Shown one piece after another: positions 1 through 14,154 of a stretch of 64,000 nt of DNA (position 1 is the stretch's first letter; each line of letters begins with the position of its first letter). The notes under the pieces were generated by a model. That model worked only from the letters and a program-made list of their open reading frames with translations, made no database searches and was not told the DNA's origin. The stretch is from Malacoraja senta (taxonomy: Eukaryota), in NCBI GenBank assembly GCA_038087875.1, contig CM075997.1:6202001-6266000 (forward strand). Direction: 5' to 3'. The position numbers were made by a program, and so were the translations under genes.

Positions 1-574
1 TGGAGAGAAGGAATGGGTGATGTTTCGGGTCGAGAACCTTCTTGTTTGGGATATATAGACATGACGAGTGTAAATATAGATGGGTTGGTTACCAAATTTG
101 AAGACAACGCCAAAATTGATGTCAAAGTATACAGCGGGATATATATCAGCTACAGAAATGGGCGAAGGAATGGTCAATGGAGTTTAATCCGAGCAAGTGT
201 GCGGTGTTGCACTTTTGGAGGTCGTCTATAAGGGGACAATATACAGTCCATGGCAAGACCCTTAACAGCATTGATGTACAGAGGATACTTGAGGTCCAAG
301 TCCCTAGTTCCCTGAGAGTTGAAAACAGAAGAGAGAGTGATTAAAAAAAGGCGTATGGTATGCTTGCTATGGTATGTATCAGTCAGGGCATTCAGTAAAA
401 GAGTAAGGAAGTTATGTAGCTCCTTTATAGGACTTTCGTTATGCAGCATTGGAGTATTGTACAGTTCTTGTTGCCCTATTACAGGAAGGATGTGGAGCCT
501 TTTTGAAAAAGTGTAGAAGTGGTTTATCAGAATTCTGCCTGTGTTAGCGGAAATTATTTCAGACTGTCAGAGTA

Positions 575-1951
575 GACCAGTTATAGACCAGTTAGCCTGA
601 CATTGGTGGTGGGGAAGATACTGGAGTCAATCATAAAAGATGAAATAGCGGCACATTTGGATAGCAGTAACAGGATCAGTCCGAGTCCGCGTGGATTTAC
701 GAAGGGGAAATCATGCTTCACTAATCTGGAATTTTTTGAGATATGACTCGGAAAATGGACAATGGAGAGCCAGAGGATGTAGTGTACCTGATCTTTCAGA
801 AAGCATTTGATAAGGTCCCACACAGGAGATTAGTGGGCAAAATAAGGGCACATGGTATTGGGGGTAGAGTGCTGCATGGATAGAAAATTGGTTGGCAGAC
901 AGGAAACAAAGAGTAGGGATTAACGGGTCCCTTTCAGAATGGCAGGCAGTGACTAGTGGGGTACCGCAAGGCTCGGTGCTGGGACTGCAGCTATTTACAA
1001 TATACATCAATGATTTAGATGAAGGGATTCAAAGTAACATGAACAAATTTGCAGATGACACAAAGCTGGGTGGCAGTGTGAACTGTGAGGAGGATGCTAT
1101 GAGAATGCAGGGTGACTTGGACAGGTTGGGTGAGTGGGCAGATGCAGTTTAATGTGGATCAATGTGAGGTCATCCACTTTGATAGCAAAAACAAGAAAGG
1201 CAAATTATTATCTAAATGGTGTCAAGTTGGGAAAGGGGGATGTACAACGGGATCTGGGGGTCCTTGTTCATCAGTCTATGAAAGTAAGCATGCAGGTACA
1301 CCAGGCAGTGATGAAAGTGAATGGCATATTGGCCTTCATAACAAGAGTAGTTGAGTATAGGAGCAAAGAGGTCCTCCTGCAGTTGTACAGGGCCCTAGTG
1401 AGACCAGACCTGGAGTATGGTGTGCCATTTTGGTCCCCTAATTTGAGGAAGGACATTCTTGCAGGAAGTGCAGCGTAGGTTCACAAGGTTAATTCCCGGG
1501 ATGGCGGGACTGTCATATGCTTAGAGAATGGAGCGGCTGGGCTTGTATACTCTGGAATTTAGAAGGATGGGAGGGGATCTTATGGAAACATATAAGATTA
1601 TTAAGGGTTTGGACATGCTAGAGGCAAGAAACATGTTCCGATGTTGGGGGAGTCCAGAACCAGGGGCCACGGTTTAAGAATAAGTGGTAAGCCATTTAGA
1701 ACGGAGATGAGGAAACACCTTTTCACACAGAGAGTTGTGAGTCTGTGGAATTCTCTGCCTCAGAGGGCGGTTCTCTGGATACTTTCAAGAGAGAGCTAGA
1801 TGGGGCTCTTAAAAATAGCGGAGTCAGGGGATATGGGGAGAAGGAAGGAATGGGGTACTGATTGTGGATGATCAGCCATGATCACATTGAATGGCGATGC
1901 TGGCTTGAAGGACCGAATGGCCTACTCCTGCACCTATTGTCTATTGTCTAT
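575..1951 (+). mobile_element. CR1-clade LINE, 5'-truncated and frameshifted RT, with 3' end
   Basis: Motifs VTSGVPQGSVLG, KFADDTKLGG and LVRPDLEY; (CTATTGT)n tail at about 1934-1951. An older CR1 remnant lies upstream (about 46-560). Confidence 0.9.
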
Positions 1952-2551
1952 AGTATCCGGTCATTGCACTCTACAAAAATGTGTCACCTGGCTTGACTCT
2001 TGGAGGCCTATAATATTACCCCTCTCTTATTCCTAACTTCTATCTATAAAGCCTCTGTAGATGATCCCTCCAAATAACCTCTCTAAGTACACAATCTTAT
2101 AATTCTGATATCCAGTATTTACCATATTCTATAAGGTTTTGCATCTATTTTCCTTAAAGCTGTTTTTCCAAACCCTTTTCTCGTCTTAGTTCGACAAAAC
2201 ATTTTCATTTACCTTCCTTTTTCACAATATTTATTTATTTCATTCTTAAACTGTTTTACTTTTTGGTCATATAGTTTAAAGTACATTTTATAAATCAGAT
2301 TAAGCCTTAAAATATAGCCAAGTATGACTTCTCCATCGGATATTATAATTTATTTCCTCTTTATATGTGACGAATAATCGCAGATATTTTCTGCTAACTG
2401 ATGATGATGTATTAATTTGAAGCAGTTCATACGCAGTAATGTCAGCTTACTACAGAGTTTATTACCACATAAAACACTGCAAGAATACATTCCATGGAAT
2501 TCTGTACATGAAAGCTTAATGCCACCATTAAAGTTCTCTGGTTTATTTTAT

Positions 2552-3185
2552 GTGGGGGTGGGGTCGAGGGAAACTTGTTTTCAATCTCTTACCTTGCCGG
2601 AGATACGATTGTTTTCCGGATCATATCTCCGGTCGCTCTGCGGCCTAACATCATGGAGCTGGAGGACTTGCTCGGGACTGACTTTGAGCCCCACCGCGGG
2701 GACGTGGGCTTACTATCGGAGCCAACCCCTTGCCTGGCATTGATGCTCCAACCGCGACCTGCGGATTTCACCATCGAGGAGCTCACAGTCTTGGGTAGAG
2801 ACCGATGTCGGGAAGCTCCAAATGATGCCGAAGATTTGACCAGCCCCGACCCGGGGTCGATCCCCCAGCGCGGGGGAGCTGACATTCACCCCGATGCAGG
2901 AGCTTGATCACCCCATCACGGATGGCCCGACCGCCAGCTACGGGAGCCAAGATCGTCCCTTGAACGGAAGGCTCGAGGCCCCCGACCGTGGGAGAACATG
3001 GAAGGGAAGAGATTGAACTTTTTTTTCGCCTTCCATCACAGTGAGGAATGTGGAGGAGTCACTGTGGTGGATGTTCATGATAAAATTTATTTTGTATGTT
3101 TTGTTACTTTTTAACAGTAATGGCAAATCAAATTCCTCGTATGTTGCACAACATACTTGGCTAATAAAGTATGATTATGATTATG
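2552..3185 (+). mobile_element. Non-autonomous retroposon (SINE-like) with GC-rich body and (TGATTA)n tail
   Basis: The block CCTTCCATCACAGTGAGGAATGTGGAGGAGTCACTGTGGTGGATG recurs on the minus strand at about 10499-10810 and 17686-18050. Ends in AATAAAG plus a short-repeat tail. Confidence 0.7.
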
Positions 3186-4736
3186 CACAATATGTGCTAT
3201 ATTGCCTGGATGAGTTCTATTTTTGCTTCAATTCACTTGGACTCTATTGTATTTAAAATAATTCATAATTTCCTTAAATTCCCTTTCTACTCTCCTTGAA
3301 AACTTTGAAGATCAAGACAATAGTCAGTATTATCTTTGTTACCTGGTTTGATTGTTTAAGTTAATTGATGATTTTTTTCCCCTTATTACCTCAGAGCATA
3401 AATAGGACACTGACTATTATTACGCCTTCTGCAATAATACTGATGCAGATAAAAGAGCTGGGCTAAAATGGCCATTTTAATTCATCTTTCCATTCCACAC
3501 TGATCTACCTGACCTCGGCTGCCTCTACTGCTGGGGTGGGACCAGAGACAAACTAGAGCAACAACATCCTGTATTCTTCCTGGGTGGTGTACGACCCAAT
3601 GGCATTCACATTGAATTCTCCAATATCAGATAACCTGTTCTCCCTCTGACTCTGTCTTCCCTTTTTTCTTTTCTCATTCTGATCTACTCAGGCCCTCTCA
3701 CACACCCCCAGCCTTCCAACCCTCCTGTAACTCCTATCACCCAGTTTCTTTCCACCCCCATATGACCCATCTGCCCATAACCTGCAGCTCCCTTCCCTGG
3801 AACCCAAAATCCTTCCCTACTGTTCCAATCTGCCCACCATCCTTCCCTTATTTAGTTCGCAGCTTATTTACACTTCAGATTCCATAATCTGCAGATCTTT
3901 GTCAAAGGTTCTTTAAAGAAAGGTCCCTCCCAGAAACATCACCTAAACATATTTTCCAGAGATGCTGCCTGACCCTTGAGTCACTCCAGCTCACTCAATA
4001 TTCCCTGTGTCTGCCCTTTGTTATCTCTACTTGTCCTCCCCCAACTGCTATCATATTCTTCACCCTTCACCTCCCCCACTAGCTCCAATTGTCCATCAGC
4101 CCCTCCTCACCTGGATCCATATATTACTTACAAGTTCTTGTCCCACCCCTCTCCCTACCTCTCTATACTGGCTATCTCCCCTCTATTCTTTCAATCTAAA
4201 TGAGTGGGCTTGATTTGAAACATCAATTGTCCATTTCCTTCCACAGATGTTATCTGGCCGACTGAGTTCCTCCAGCAGATTGCCTTTTTGCTCTAGATTC
4301 CAGCATCTACACCATCTTATAGAGAAACATTTTATGTTCTCTGCAGTGTATAAGGGCATCAATGATGTCAAAAATAAAGGAAATGTCAGAAGGAATTGTG
4401 ACAAATATATGCAGATGTATTACTGTTGATCATGCATGTAAAACTAGAATATAGAATAGTACAGCACAGAAGCTGGCCCTTCAAACCACAACATCTGTGC
4501 CGAATAGAATGTCAAATTAAAACAATCCCATCTGTTGGCACATTGTATATATCCCTCTATTACCTGCTTTTTCATGTGCTTTCTAAATACTTCTTAAATA
4601 GTGCTTCAACCAACTTCTCTCCTTATAGCTAATACTGTATAATCGCTGCAACACATTCCAGAATCTCTTCAGAACTGTTTCCAAAGCCAAAATATCTATC
4701 CTGTAATGTAGGAACCAGAACTGCATATCCATATAG

Positions 4737-6059
4737 GTAGACAAAATTGCTGGAGAAACTCAGCGGGTGCAGCAGCATCTATGGAGCGAAGGAAATAGGC
4801 AAAGTTTTGGGCCAAAACCCTTCTTCAGACTGATGTAGGGGGGGGGGGGGGGTCAGGGAGAAGAAAGGAGACAGGAAGAGGAGGAGCCCGAGGGCTGAGG
4901 GAGAGCTGAGAAGGGGAGGAGACAGCAAGGGCTACCGGAAATTTCTTGACCTCACTATCTCCATCGCAGGTGATAGACTACTGACCGACATCCACTATAA
5001 ACCCACTGACTCCCATGGCTATCTAGACTATACTTCTTCCCACCCTGCTTCCTGTAAGAACTCCATCCCCTACTCCCAATTCCTCCGTCTACGCCACATC
5101 TGCTCCCAGGATGAGGTGTTCCACACCAGGGCATCGGAAATGTCTTCATTCTTCAGGGAACGGGGGTTCCCCTCCCCTACCATAGATGAGGCTCTCACCA
5201 GGGTCTCTTCAATATCCCATAACACTGTTCTCTCTCCCCATCCCCCCACTCGTAACAAGGGCAGAGTCCCCCTAGTCCTCACCTTTCACCCCACTAGCCG
5301 TCACATACAACAAATAGTCCTCCGTCATTTTCGCCACCTCCAACGTGACCCCACCACTCGCCACATCTTCCTATCTCCCCCCACCCTCCCCCCGTCTTCT
5401 TTCCGCAAAGACCGTTCCCTCCGTAACTCCCTGGTCAATTCTTCCCTTCCCTCCCGCACCACACCATCCCCGGGCACTTTCCCTTGCAACCGCAAGAGAT
5501 GCTACAATTGTCGCTTTACCTCCCCCCTCGACTCCATTCAAGGACCCAAGCAGTCGTTCCAGGTGCGACAGAGGTTCACCTGCACCTCCTCCAACCTCAT
5601 CTATTGCATCCGCTGCTCGAGATGTCAGCTGATCTACATCGGGGAGACCAAGCGTAGGCTTGGCGATCTCCCTGTGGCTCAGCACTTCAACTCCCCCTCC
5701 CATTCCGAATCTGACCTTTCTGTCGTGGGCCTCCTCCATGGCCAGAGTGAGCACCACCGGAAATTGGAGGAGCAGCACCTCATATTCCACTTGGGCAGTT
5801 TGCACCCTCGCGGCATTGACCTCCAATTTCCGGTAGTCCTTGGTGTCTCCTCCCCTTCTCAGCTCTCCCTCAGCCCTCGGGCTCATCCTCTTCCTTTCCC
5901 CTTTCTTCTCCCCGCCCCCCCACCCTACAGTCTGAAGAAGGGTTTCGGCTCGAAACGTTGCCTATTTCCTTCGCTCCATAGATGCTGCTGCACCCGCTGA
6001 GTTTCTCCAGCACTTTTGTCTACCTTCGATTTTCCAGCATCTGCAGTTCCTTCTTAAAC
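4737..6059 (+). mobile_element. Penelope-like element (PLE), 3' part with GIY-YIG endonuclease and an inverted 5' pseudo-LTR
   Basis: ORF 5116-6000 contains NLIYCIRCSRCQLIYIGETKR and VAQHFN. 4737-4945 is the inverse of about 5826-6022. A 17-bp TSD, ACTGCATATCCATATAG, lies at 4720-4736 and 6060-6076. Confidence 0.9.
5928..5965 (+). ncRNA. Minimal type I hammerhead ribozyme-like motif in the PLE pseudo-LTR
   Basis: CTGAAGA (5932-5938), stem II GGGTTTCGGCTC, GAAA (5952-5955), then C and the GTT triplet. PLE pseudo-LTRs are known to carry minimal hammerheads. Confidence 0.65.
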
Positions 6060-6184
6060 ACTGCATATCCATATAGATCTTTTGGATATACCAATTAATT
6101 TAAAATCTTCTATTACATATTGATTCAAAATTGGCTTCGGAGACGGAGGGTAGTGGCGGAGAAGTATTAATCTGATTGGCAGTC

Positions 6185-6600
6185 TCCAATATATCCCTTC
6201 AGTGGTGGGGAGGTCAGTATCTGTAATGGACCGGGCAAACTCTACCACTCTGTGCAGCCTCGAGCCTCGTTACTGGGCTTTCGAGCTACGGATCCAGGCT
6301 GTGATGCATCCATTCAGTATGCTCTTTACTGAACACATGTAGAAGTTCAATAGAGTATTCATCGACATACTGAATCTCTGCAATATTCCAAGTGAATAGA
6401 AGCGTTAATGATCTGCTTTTAAGGTTGCCTCAATTTGCTAGGTCCAGGACAGATTTTCCAGGATATGCAAACCCAGAAACTTAAACCTTTTGACTGAAAC
6501 CACCACCATCCCGTTGATAAAAACAGGTTTGTGGCATCCTGCCTTTCCCTTCCTGAAGTTAACAATCAGCTCCTTCGTCTTTCTAACGTTCTTGCAAGAA
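6185..6600 (-). mobile_element. Degenerate Rex1/Babar-like LINE RT C-terminal fragment
   Basis: Peptide NVRKTKELIVNFRK...VKRFKFLGLHILENLSWT. Confidence 0.75.
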
Positions 6601-6659
6601 TCAGTGGTGGCAACTCTGCTGTTTGTAATGTATATTGTGAGATACAAATATAATTGGAC

Positions 6660-9150
6660 AAAAATGTGGGTAGGCTGATTAGTAAGTTTGCAGACGACAC
6701 AAAAATTGGTGGAATTGTAGATAGTGAGGAAGGTTGTCCAAGGTAGACACAAAAAGCTGGAGTAACTCATCAAGTCGGGCTGCATCTCTAGAGAAAAGGA
6801 ATAGGTGACGTTTCTTGGTCGAGTCCTTTCTTCAGACTGAGATTCCGGGGAGGAGGGAACTGGGAGATATGAAAAGTTACATAGAACAAATTAATGAAAG
6901 ATAGGCAGAACGACAAATCAAAGCCACCAATGAAGATCAAGGAAAAATGGAACCCACAATAGTCCATTGTTGTCTAAGGGGAAGGTGATGACGAGTAATA
7001 AAAACAGTGAAACTCAGCAGGACAACAGTGAAACTAGTACGACTAGGGTGGGGGAGAGACAAGGAGAGAGGGGATGCCAGGATTACCTGAAGTTAGAGAA
7101 ATCAATAACCATACTGCTGGGTTGTAAGCTGCCCAAGTGAAATTTGAGGTGCTGTTCCTCCAATATGTGTTTGGCGTCACTCTGACAGTGGAGGAGGCCC
7201 AGGTTATCTAATGATTCAGCAGCTCATAGACCCAGTTGGATATATGAGTAAGAGAAATGGTAGATGGATTTAATCTGGACAAATTGAGGTGTTGCACTTT
7301 AGGAGATCAAATGTCGGAGGAAAATATACAATACATGGCAGGACTGTTCGAAGCATTGATGTATGAAGGGATCTCGGAATGCAAGTCCATAGCTACCTGA
7401 CAATGGGAACAAATATTGATGGGGTAGTATGCCTTCATCAGTTGGGGTGTTGAGTATTCACTTGAACCATCTCCCACATCTCCCTCCCCGTTCTTGATCT
7501 CACCATCTATATCACAGGAGATAGACTATCGACTGACGTCTATTACAAACCCACTGACTCCCACAACTATCTCGACTACATTTCTTCCCACTCTGCTTCC
7601 TGCAAAGACTCTATCCGCTACTCCCAATCCACCGTCTATGCAGCATCAGTGCCCAAGATGAGGTGTTCCATACCAGGACAACCGAGATATCCTCATTCTT
7701 TAGGGAACGGAGATTCCCCTCTTCCATCATATATGCGGCCCTCAGTACTCCGCAGTTCCGCCCTTGCTTCCCTCCTCCTAGTCGCAACAGGGACAGAGTC
7801 CTTACCTTTCACCTCATCAACCATCGCACACAACACAATCCTCCGACATTTTTGCCACCTCCAACGGGATCCCACCATTAATTACATCTTCGCATCTCCA
7901 CCCCTTTCCACCTTCTGCAGAGACCATTCCCTCTGCAACTCCCTGGTTAACTCATCCCTTCCCACCCAAACCACCACCTACCCAGGAACCTTCCACAGCA
8001 ACCCCGTAGGAGATGCAACACGTGCCCTATACTTCTTCCCTCGACTCTGACAAGAGATCCCGACTGTTCTTTCAGGTTAGGCAGTGGTTCACTTGCATCT
8101 CCTGCAACCTCATCTACTCTAGCCGTTGTTCAAGATGTGGACTTTTATACATCAGCGTGACGAAACATAGACTGGCCGATCGTTTCACTGAACACCTTCG
8201 ATCAGTCCGCCTGGACCTACCTGATCTCCCAGTTGCCAAACACTTTAATTCCCCTTCCCATTCCCACACTGACCTCTTTGTCCTAGGCCTCCTCCATTGT
8301 CACCGTGAGGCTAAATGCGAATTGAAGGAACAGCATCTAAATTTTAGCGTTGGCAGCTTACAACCCAGTGGTATGAATATTGATTTCTTTAACAAGTAAC
8401 CCCTGCATTCCCTCTCTCTCCATCTCTCCCCCACCCAAGTCGCGCAAGCTTCGCGTTCTCACCTAGCTACAGTTAAAAATGGCCCTTTTCCTTTATCGTT
8501 GTTACGTTTTTGCATATCTTTCATTCATTGTTCTTTATCTCTCGACATCACCATCCCGCATCCCGCAGTTACTCCAGCATTTTGTGTCTTTGTTGGGTAT
8601 AAACGCTGTTCCTGTTCCAGCTGTATAAACCTGGGTTAAGCCACGTTTTGAGTATTATGTGCTGTTCTGATACACAAGAAAGAATATCGAGGCATTGGAA
8701 AGGGTGCAGAAAAGGATCATCCTTGTGTTGCCTTAATTAGAGGCTACTAGCTAAAAGAAGAGGTTGAACTAACTTGGATTGTTTTCTCCAGAGGGTCAGC
8801 CTGATAGAAGTATTTAAAATTCTGTGAGGCGTTGATAGGGTAGACAGTCAGAACTCTTTTCCCAGGGTGTAAAGGTCAAAGACTGGATAGCATAGCTTTA
8901 AGGTGAGTGGGAGAAAGTTTAAAGGCAATTTCTGAGGCAATATGTTTACACAAAGAGTAGCAGTTGCCTTCATCGATCTACCAGGAGAAATGGTGGACAC
9001 AGATACAAAAGCAATGTTTAGGAGACATTAAGAGAGGAACATGAACAGACATGGAATTGAGAGATAGAGACCATGGGCAGGTGGATTGGACTAATTATAA
9101 CTGCATCATGAGCTAAAGGGTCTTATTCTGTGCTGCACTGTTCTATCTTC
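6660..9150 (+). mobile_element. Old CR1 LINE interrupted by two Penelope-like fragments (about 6742-7204 minus, about 7460-8600 plus)
   Basis: The CR1 start AGTAAGTTTGCAGACGACAC (SKFADDT) resumes after each insert. The PLE peptide NLIYSSRCSRCGLLYIS...VAKHFNSPSH is in ORF 8013-8399. Confidence 0.8.
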
Positions 9151-12139
9151 TAAATATTCCAAGATTATAAATCTGTATATGCATAGGGCACAATAATAAA
9201 TAGTTGGTACAAAATATATGTTACCTGGTGGCCAAACAGGAGAGAAGTAATAAAGCTAAAGTAATGAAGCAATAAAGTCAATAAGAGTTTTGCACCTTAA
9301 TCCATGACTACACTTGCAATGTGAACCAAAGTCCGCCATGCTTGTGGAGCTTCTGAGTCATATCAAATGATGTTGAACAGGAGAGAAAACCGCAGATGAA
9401 TTAATTCAGTTATATCCTTAGTTGAAAAATCTTGATTCTTTTATCATTTCTGCAGTCAAATAAACCCTTGCCTCCACTTTGATATTCTAGTTCCACATAA
9501 AATTTCTTAAATGTTAGCACAATTTTATGTGGAACTACGATATTGTTCTCATCCCCAATGCCATTCTCCAAAATATGACAATAAAGGATACTTTAATTTA
9601 CTTTACTTTGACTGATTAAAGGATTAGAGGCAGCAACTCATTTTATAGCCCCAATTTTTCTTTGTCGTGTCTGGCATGCCACTGAAGCACTAACAAAGCA
9701 AAAGTGGTCATCGTTTCTGGATTATCTTAGAAAGCAAAATAGTTACTCGTCTATTTTCTCAATGGCACACTGTTTTGTTAAACCCATCCCTTCTGACATC
9801 TTTACCTTCACTGAAAAGTGCAAGGAACTTGTGGTTTTATTTGTCAAAGAGATGGATAACTAGGCTACGTTTCAAAGGTTCTTGGCCTAAGACTTAAACT
9901 GGCATTTTCCTCTAGCTTCTGTTCTATGATCTAGCATGCCCTCTTCAAGCTTGTTTTCTCAATGATGACCATGTCCTGCTGCCTCGACCTTATAATAATA
10001 ATAATGAATTTTATTTATGGGCGCCTTATACCGCCGAGGTCTCAAGGACACCTTACAGAGATTTATAGGAAACATATAATCAGAATTTAAAAAAAATAAG
10101 TTATAAAGACCAATACACAAATCAGGAACAGAATTCCTTCCAAAAACACAAAAAAGAAAATCAGAAGCACAATTTGAGGAGAGAGCAGCGGCAACGAAAC
10201 CGCGCCAGCGTCCACTCTCCCCTCCGACCTCCATCTTGAACACAGACTAACAAATACAATTACAAACAATTACATACAAAAATCATCCCCCCACAGTGAT
10301 TTCCACTGTGGGGGAAGGCACAATGTCCAGTCCCCAGCCCCAGTTCACCCAAACGAAGGACCAGCCAATTTCCCTTTCTGGCTCTATGTTATCTGGTAAT
10401 TATAATGTATCTGCTTTCTGAGATTTTCTTTCTTTCTTCAGCTCTGCACTTACTTACCTTCTGAGAAAAAACTCTTGATCATTTTGTCAAATAACCTATA
10501 ATCATAATCATAATCAGACTTTATTAGCTAAGTATATTTTGCAACATATGAGGAATTTGATTTGCCATATAGTCATACCAATAAAAAGTAACAGAACATA
10601 CAAAATACATTTTAACATAAACATCCATCACAGTGACTCCTCCACATTCCTCACTGTGATGGAAGGCGACAAAAAAGTTCATCTCTTCCCTTCTTTGTTC
10701 TCTGGGGCCTTGAGCCTCCCGTTGATGGGGCAATCTTGGCTCCAATATCCAGTGGTCGGGGTGATCAAGCTCCACATCGGGGGGGGGGGGGGGGGGGTGT
10801 CTCGGCTTCCCTATAAATGACCTATAAATAATGCCTCATGATCAGGCTTCTGAAATTTTTTATTTTTCGCCCTTTTGTGACAGCATGTAGTCTATTTTCC
10901 CAGTTATGCCATACTGTAAAGGTAATGCGTACCACAATAATATTCCAAAACTCCGAACCCTCAAGATTGATGTTGCTGCGCTGGAAACCACCGTGAATTT
11001 AAAGTAAGCTTGGGAAACAGACCCTATTGTAAATTTTAAGGGAGCCTGAGAGTGGGAATACAGTGAGTTTTATGGAGTACAAGAATGGGGCCCTATTGAG
11101 GCCTGTTGTGTTCAAGGGGAGTTCAAAGGGGAATGCATGCAACCACCAGGTGAGCCAATTGCCCAGACACTGCAATATGTGGATAAACGGATATGGGATT
11201 ATCTGAGTTTTACGGCATTGTCGCCATATTTTGGTGCAACTCGTTTTGTGCAGAAGCCAGCAAAATTATATCAATAGTTGGAAGAAATCAACCAGCAATT
11301 AACTAGTAAGTAGTTGATTACTATGAATAATATTGGTGTGGATCATATTGGCTATTCAGTGTTTGATGTGCTAGCACATTGCATTGCTTTAAAACAATGT
11401 TATATGCTAATGAATGCCATGATCTGCCCACTCAGCATACCTCCACCAAGGAATACTTCATAGTAATTTCCCCTTAAAGGTGTGCAGAGAATGATAATTG
11501 TGGAAGACTAAGGACCCAGAACAATGGATGATATGGATCCAAATTGGACAACTGACATCTTTGCTCTTCAATATGATTAAAATATCAAACCTATTTGTAC
11601 AGTCAAACAATTCTAAAGGAAGAGGCTTAAGAAACAGCAAGAAATGCAACCTTCCCATCCAATTGAATAACTGTTGTGAAAATTGTGAAATTAGGAGCCT
11701 TTTACAAAATAATACAACTTTTTGGGGGGCATATTTCAAAAATCTTCTGCATATTGTTATCTCATAAAGTAATTCCTCTTCAGCTGAAACTAACTGTTTA
11801 TTAATAGTGGTGTATGCATGTTTATTAACAATATCCACTTAATGCAAGATATGTCTGCCAAGCGAATAAGAAAATAATGTATCAGTGTGTGTAACATATG
11901 CAATTGAACGTAGAATTTGAGTTTGATTGCAAGATTTTAAAAACAATTCTTCAAGAATTGTTAAAACTGGTCATTAAAATATGGATTTATAATTCATGAG
12001 TACTTGTGCAAAAAATTGCATAATAAATATTTTGCTATGAGTGTGTGTGTGTGTGTGTGTAAAACATATTCAAGCCCTAAGGAGCTCTTTTAGACCTTTA
12101 TTCAACTGCTGATATGCTTTGTGCCCGGTTTATCGATAG

Positions 12140-12246
12140 AAATCAGGTGAAGAAGAAGAAGAGGAGGAAGAGGCAAAAGAATCAAAACCTGATCCACTTC
12201 ATCAATTGATTCTTCACTTCAGTCGTACCGCTCTAACTGAGAAGAG
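12140..12246 (+). CDS. RYR1: Ryanodine receptor exon (approx. human RYR1 exon 76), [35 protein letters not shown](S)
   Basis: Acceptor gatag|AAA and donor AG|gtatgg; 107 nt, phase 0 to 2. The peptide matches the RyR [20 protein letters not shown] motif. Confidence 0.95.
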
Positions 12247-12649
12247 GTATGGATGTATAATTGCCTAGTCAAACACTAAAGAGAAATGTGTTAAAATTTT
12301 GCATTGAGGTTTGAAAGGGAAGGATGAATTAATACAGGTCCACCACCGATTTTCTGGCACAGTTCCTTGCTGGATTATCAGTTTTGCTGGACTAACAGAG
12401 GTCACGGTCTCCGGGTGGAGTCAAACTGTATCGGAATGGTCGGCCTAGGCTCCCGGGGGGCCAGAGATAGCAGTCCACAAAGTCGGCCTCAGAAGCCAGC
12501 TGTGGGACCAGATTATTCATCAATGAAAAGATATAATAATAAAACCGTACGCAGGATTTCAAATCACATTCAATAGACTCCGACCCACCTGCTGGAAAAT
12601 AGACACAGAAATCCTATGGCAAATGCAATTTATATGATGGAATAAAAAC

Positions 12650-13665
12650 AATGTAGTTAACATCATTGGTAAATTTGCAGATAATAACATCATTGGTGAC
12701 ATAGTGGATGGTGAAGAAGGGTACCTATGTTTACAACATGATCTCGATATGTTACGATGATACGTCAAGACTTGGCAAATGCATTTAATACAGAGAAATT
12801 TGAGGACTTGCACTTTAGTGTTCCAAAAGCAGGGCAGAACATACAGCAAATAGTAGAAACCAGGAGAGTGCTGTAGAATAGAGAGACCAGAAGTAGTGGT
12901 GCATGGTTGCCTGAAAGTGACTTGTCAAGTGGACAGAGAGATGAAGAAGGCATTGGCACACTTGGCTTCATTGGGAAGGGTATTAAGTACAAAAGTTGGG
13001 ATATCAGGGGACCACACTGGAGTTCTGTGTGCAGTCTCATCGCCCAACTAGAGGAAAGATGTCATTAAGTTGGAAAAGATGAAGAAGATATTCACCAAAT
13101 GGATTTGTGGGCTTAAGTTATATGGAGAGATTGGGTAGACTGGGACATTTAGCTATTGAGAGTAGAAGGTTCAAGGGTGACCTTATTGAAGTGTAGAAAA
13201 TCATGAGGGGCATGGATAAATTGAACGCTCACAGTGTTTTCCCAGGGTAGAGGATTCTAAAACAAGAGGTGAAAAGGAAGAGATTTAAGAAGGACCTCAA
13301 GGCCAATGTTTCCACTCAGAGGGTAATCGATTGGCATGAACTGCCAGAGAAAGCTGTACACGCTGATTCTATTCCAACTATTTAAAGAAAGTTTGTAAAA
13401 TATATGGATAAAGGGTTTGGGGGAGTATGGGATAAATACAGGCAAATAGGACTAGCCCAATGTTGTCAGCATAAGTTCATGTCATAGGAGCAGAATTAGG
13501 CCATTTGGCCTGTCGAGATTACTCCATCATTTAATCATGACTGATCTATCATTCCCACTCTACCCCATTCACCTGCCTTCTCCCTATAACCTTTGACTCC
13601 TGTACTAATCAAGAAGCTGGATGGGCAAGTTGGCGCAAAATCCTGTTTCCATGACTCTTATGACA
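12650..13665 (+). mobile_element. Degenerate CR1 LINE 3' region with a small inverted CR1 3' fragment nested at about 13470-13615
   Basis: KFAD-like start and decayed CR1 3' motifs shared with other copies in the window. Confidence 0.75.
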
Positions 13666-14004
13666 TTCTATCAACAATTATTAGAATTCAACTCACTCCA
13701 AATGTTTTGAAAAGAATGTCACCTGTAAACTAGCATATGCCATACATATCTAATTGAGGCACGTCATAGAATTGTAAAAACAAATATTGTTTGCAAGTGA
13801 TTTATTATACTTTGTTTTACCATATTGTACCAACAAAAAAAATCTGTGATTGTAGGGGTGAGGGACACATTTTTAGCTGTTAATTAACTGGGGCCGACAA
13901 TAGACTGACTGCGATGTAATGGTATATCTTATGATTGCCGTGACTATTTACAAGTTCATTTAGGTTTTAGTATACATTAGAATCATTTTTTTTATTGTCC
14001 TCAG

Positions 14005-14056
14005 CAAACTGGAAATGGACCATCTCTACATGTCATATGCCGATATCATGGCAAAG
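14005..14056 (+). CDS. RYR1: RyR exon (approx. exon 77), KLEMDHLYMSYADIMAK
   Basis: Boundaries tcctcag|C and AAG|gtaagt; 52 nt; continues the frame of the previous exon. Confidence 0.95.
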
Positions 14057-14154
14057 GTAAGTGTAGCCATTCATTCTGATAAATATTTTGAACATTCTCA
14101 CTATATACAGTCATGTACATTGATCTAAAAGATGAGCATTATTTTAAAAAATCA

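Noticed and set aside
1985..2410. Possible highly decayed minus-strand L1 ORF2 remnant
   Set aside because: Only faint motif resemblance; it cannot be supported without a profile search.
11458..11838. 126-aa minus-strand ORF in unique intronic DNA
   Set aside because: No recognisable domain, splice context or compositional support; likely a chance ORF.
1..12139. Search for the preceding RyR exon (HRACNMFL...DDLS)
   Set aside because: No matching peptide with splice sites was found; it presumably lies upstream of the window.
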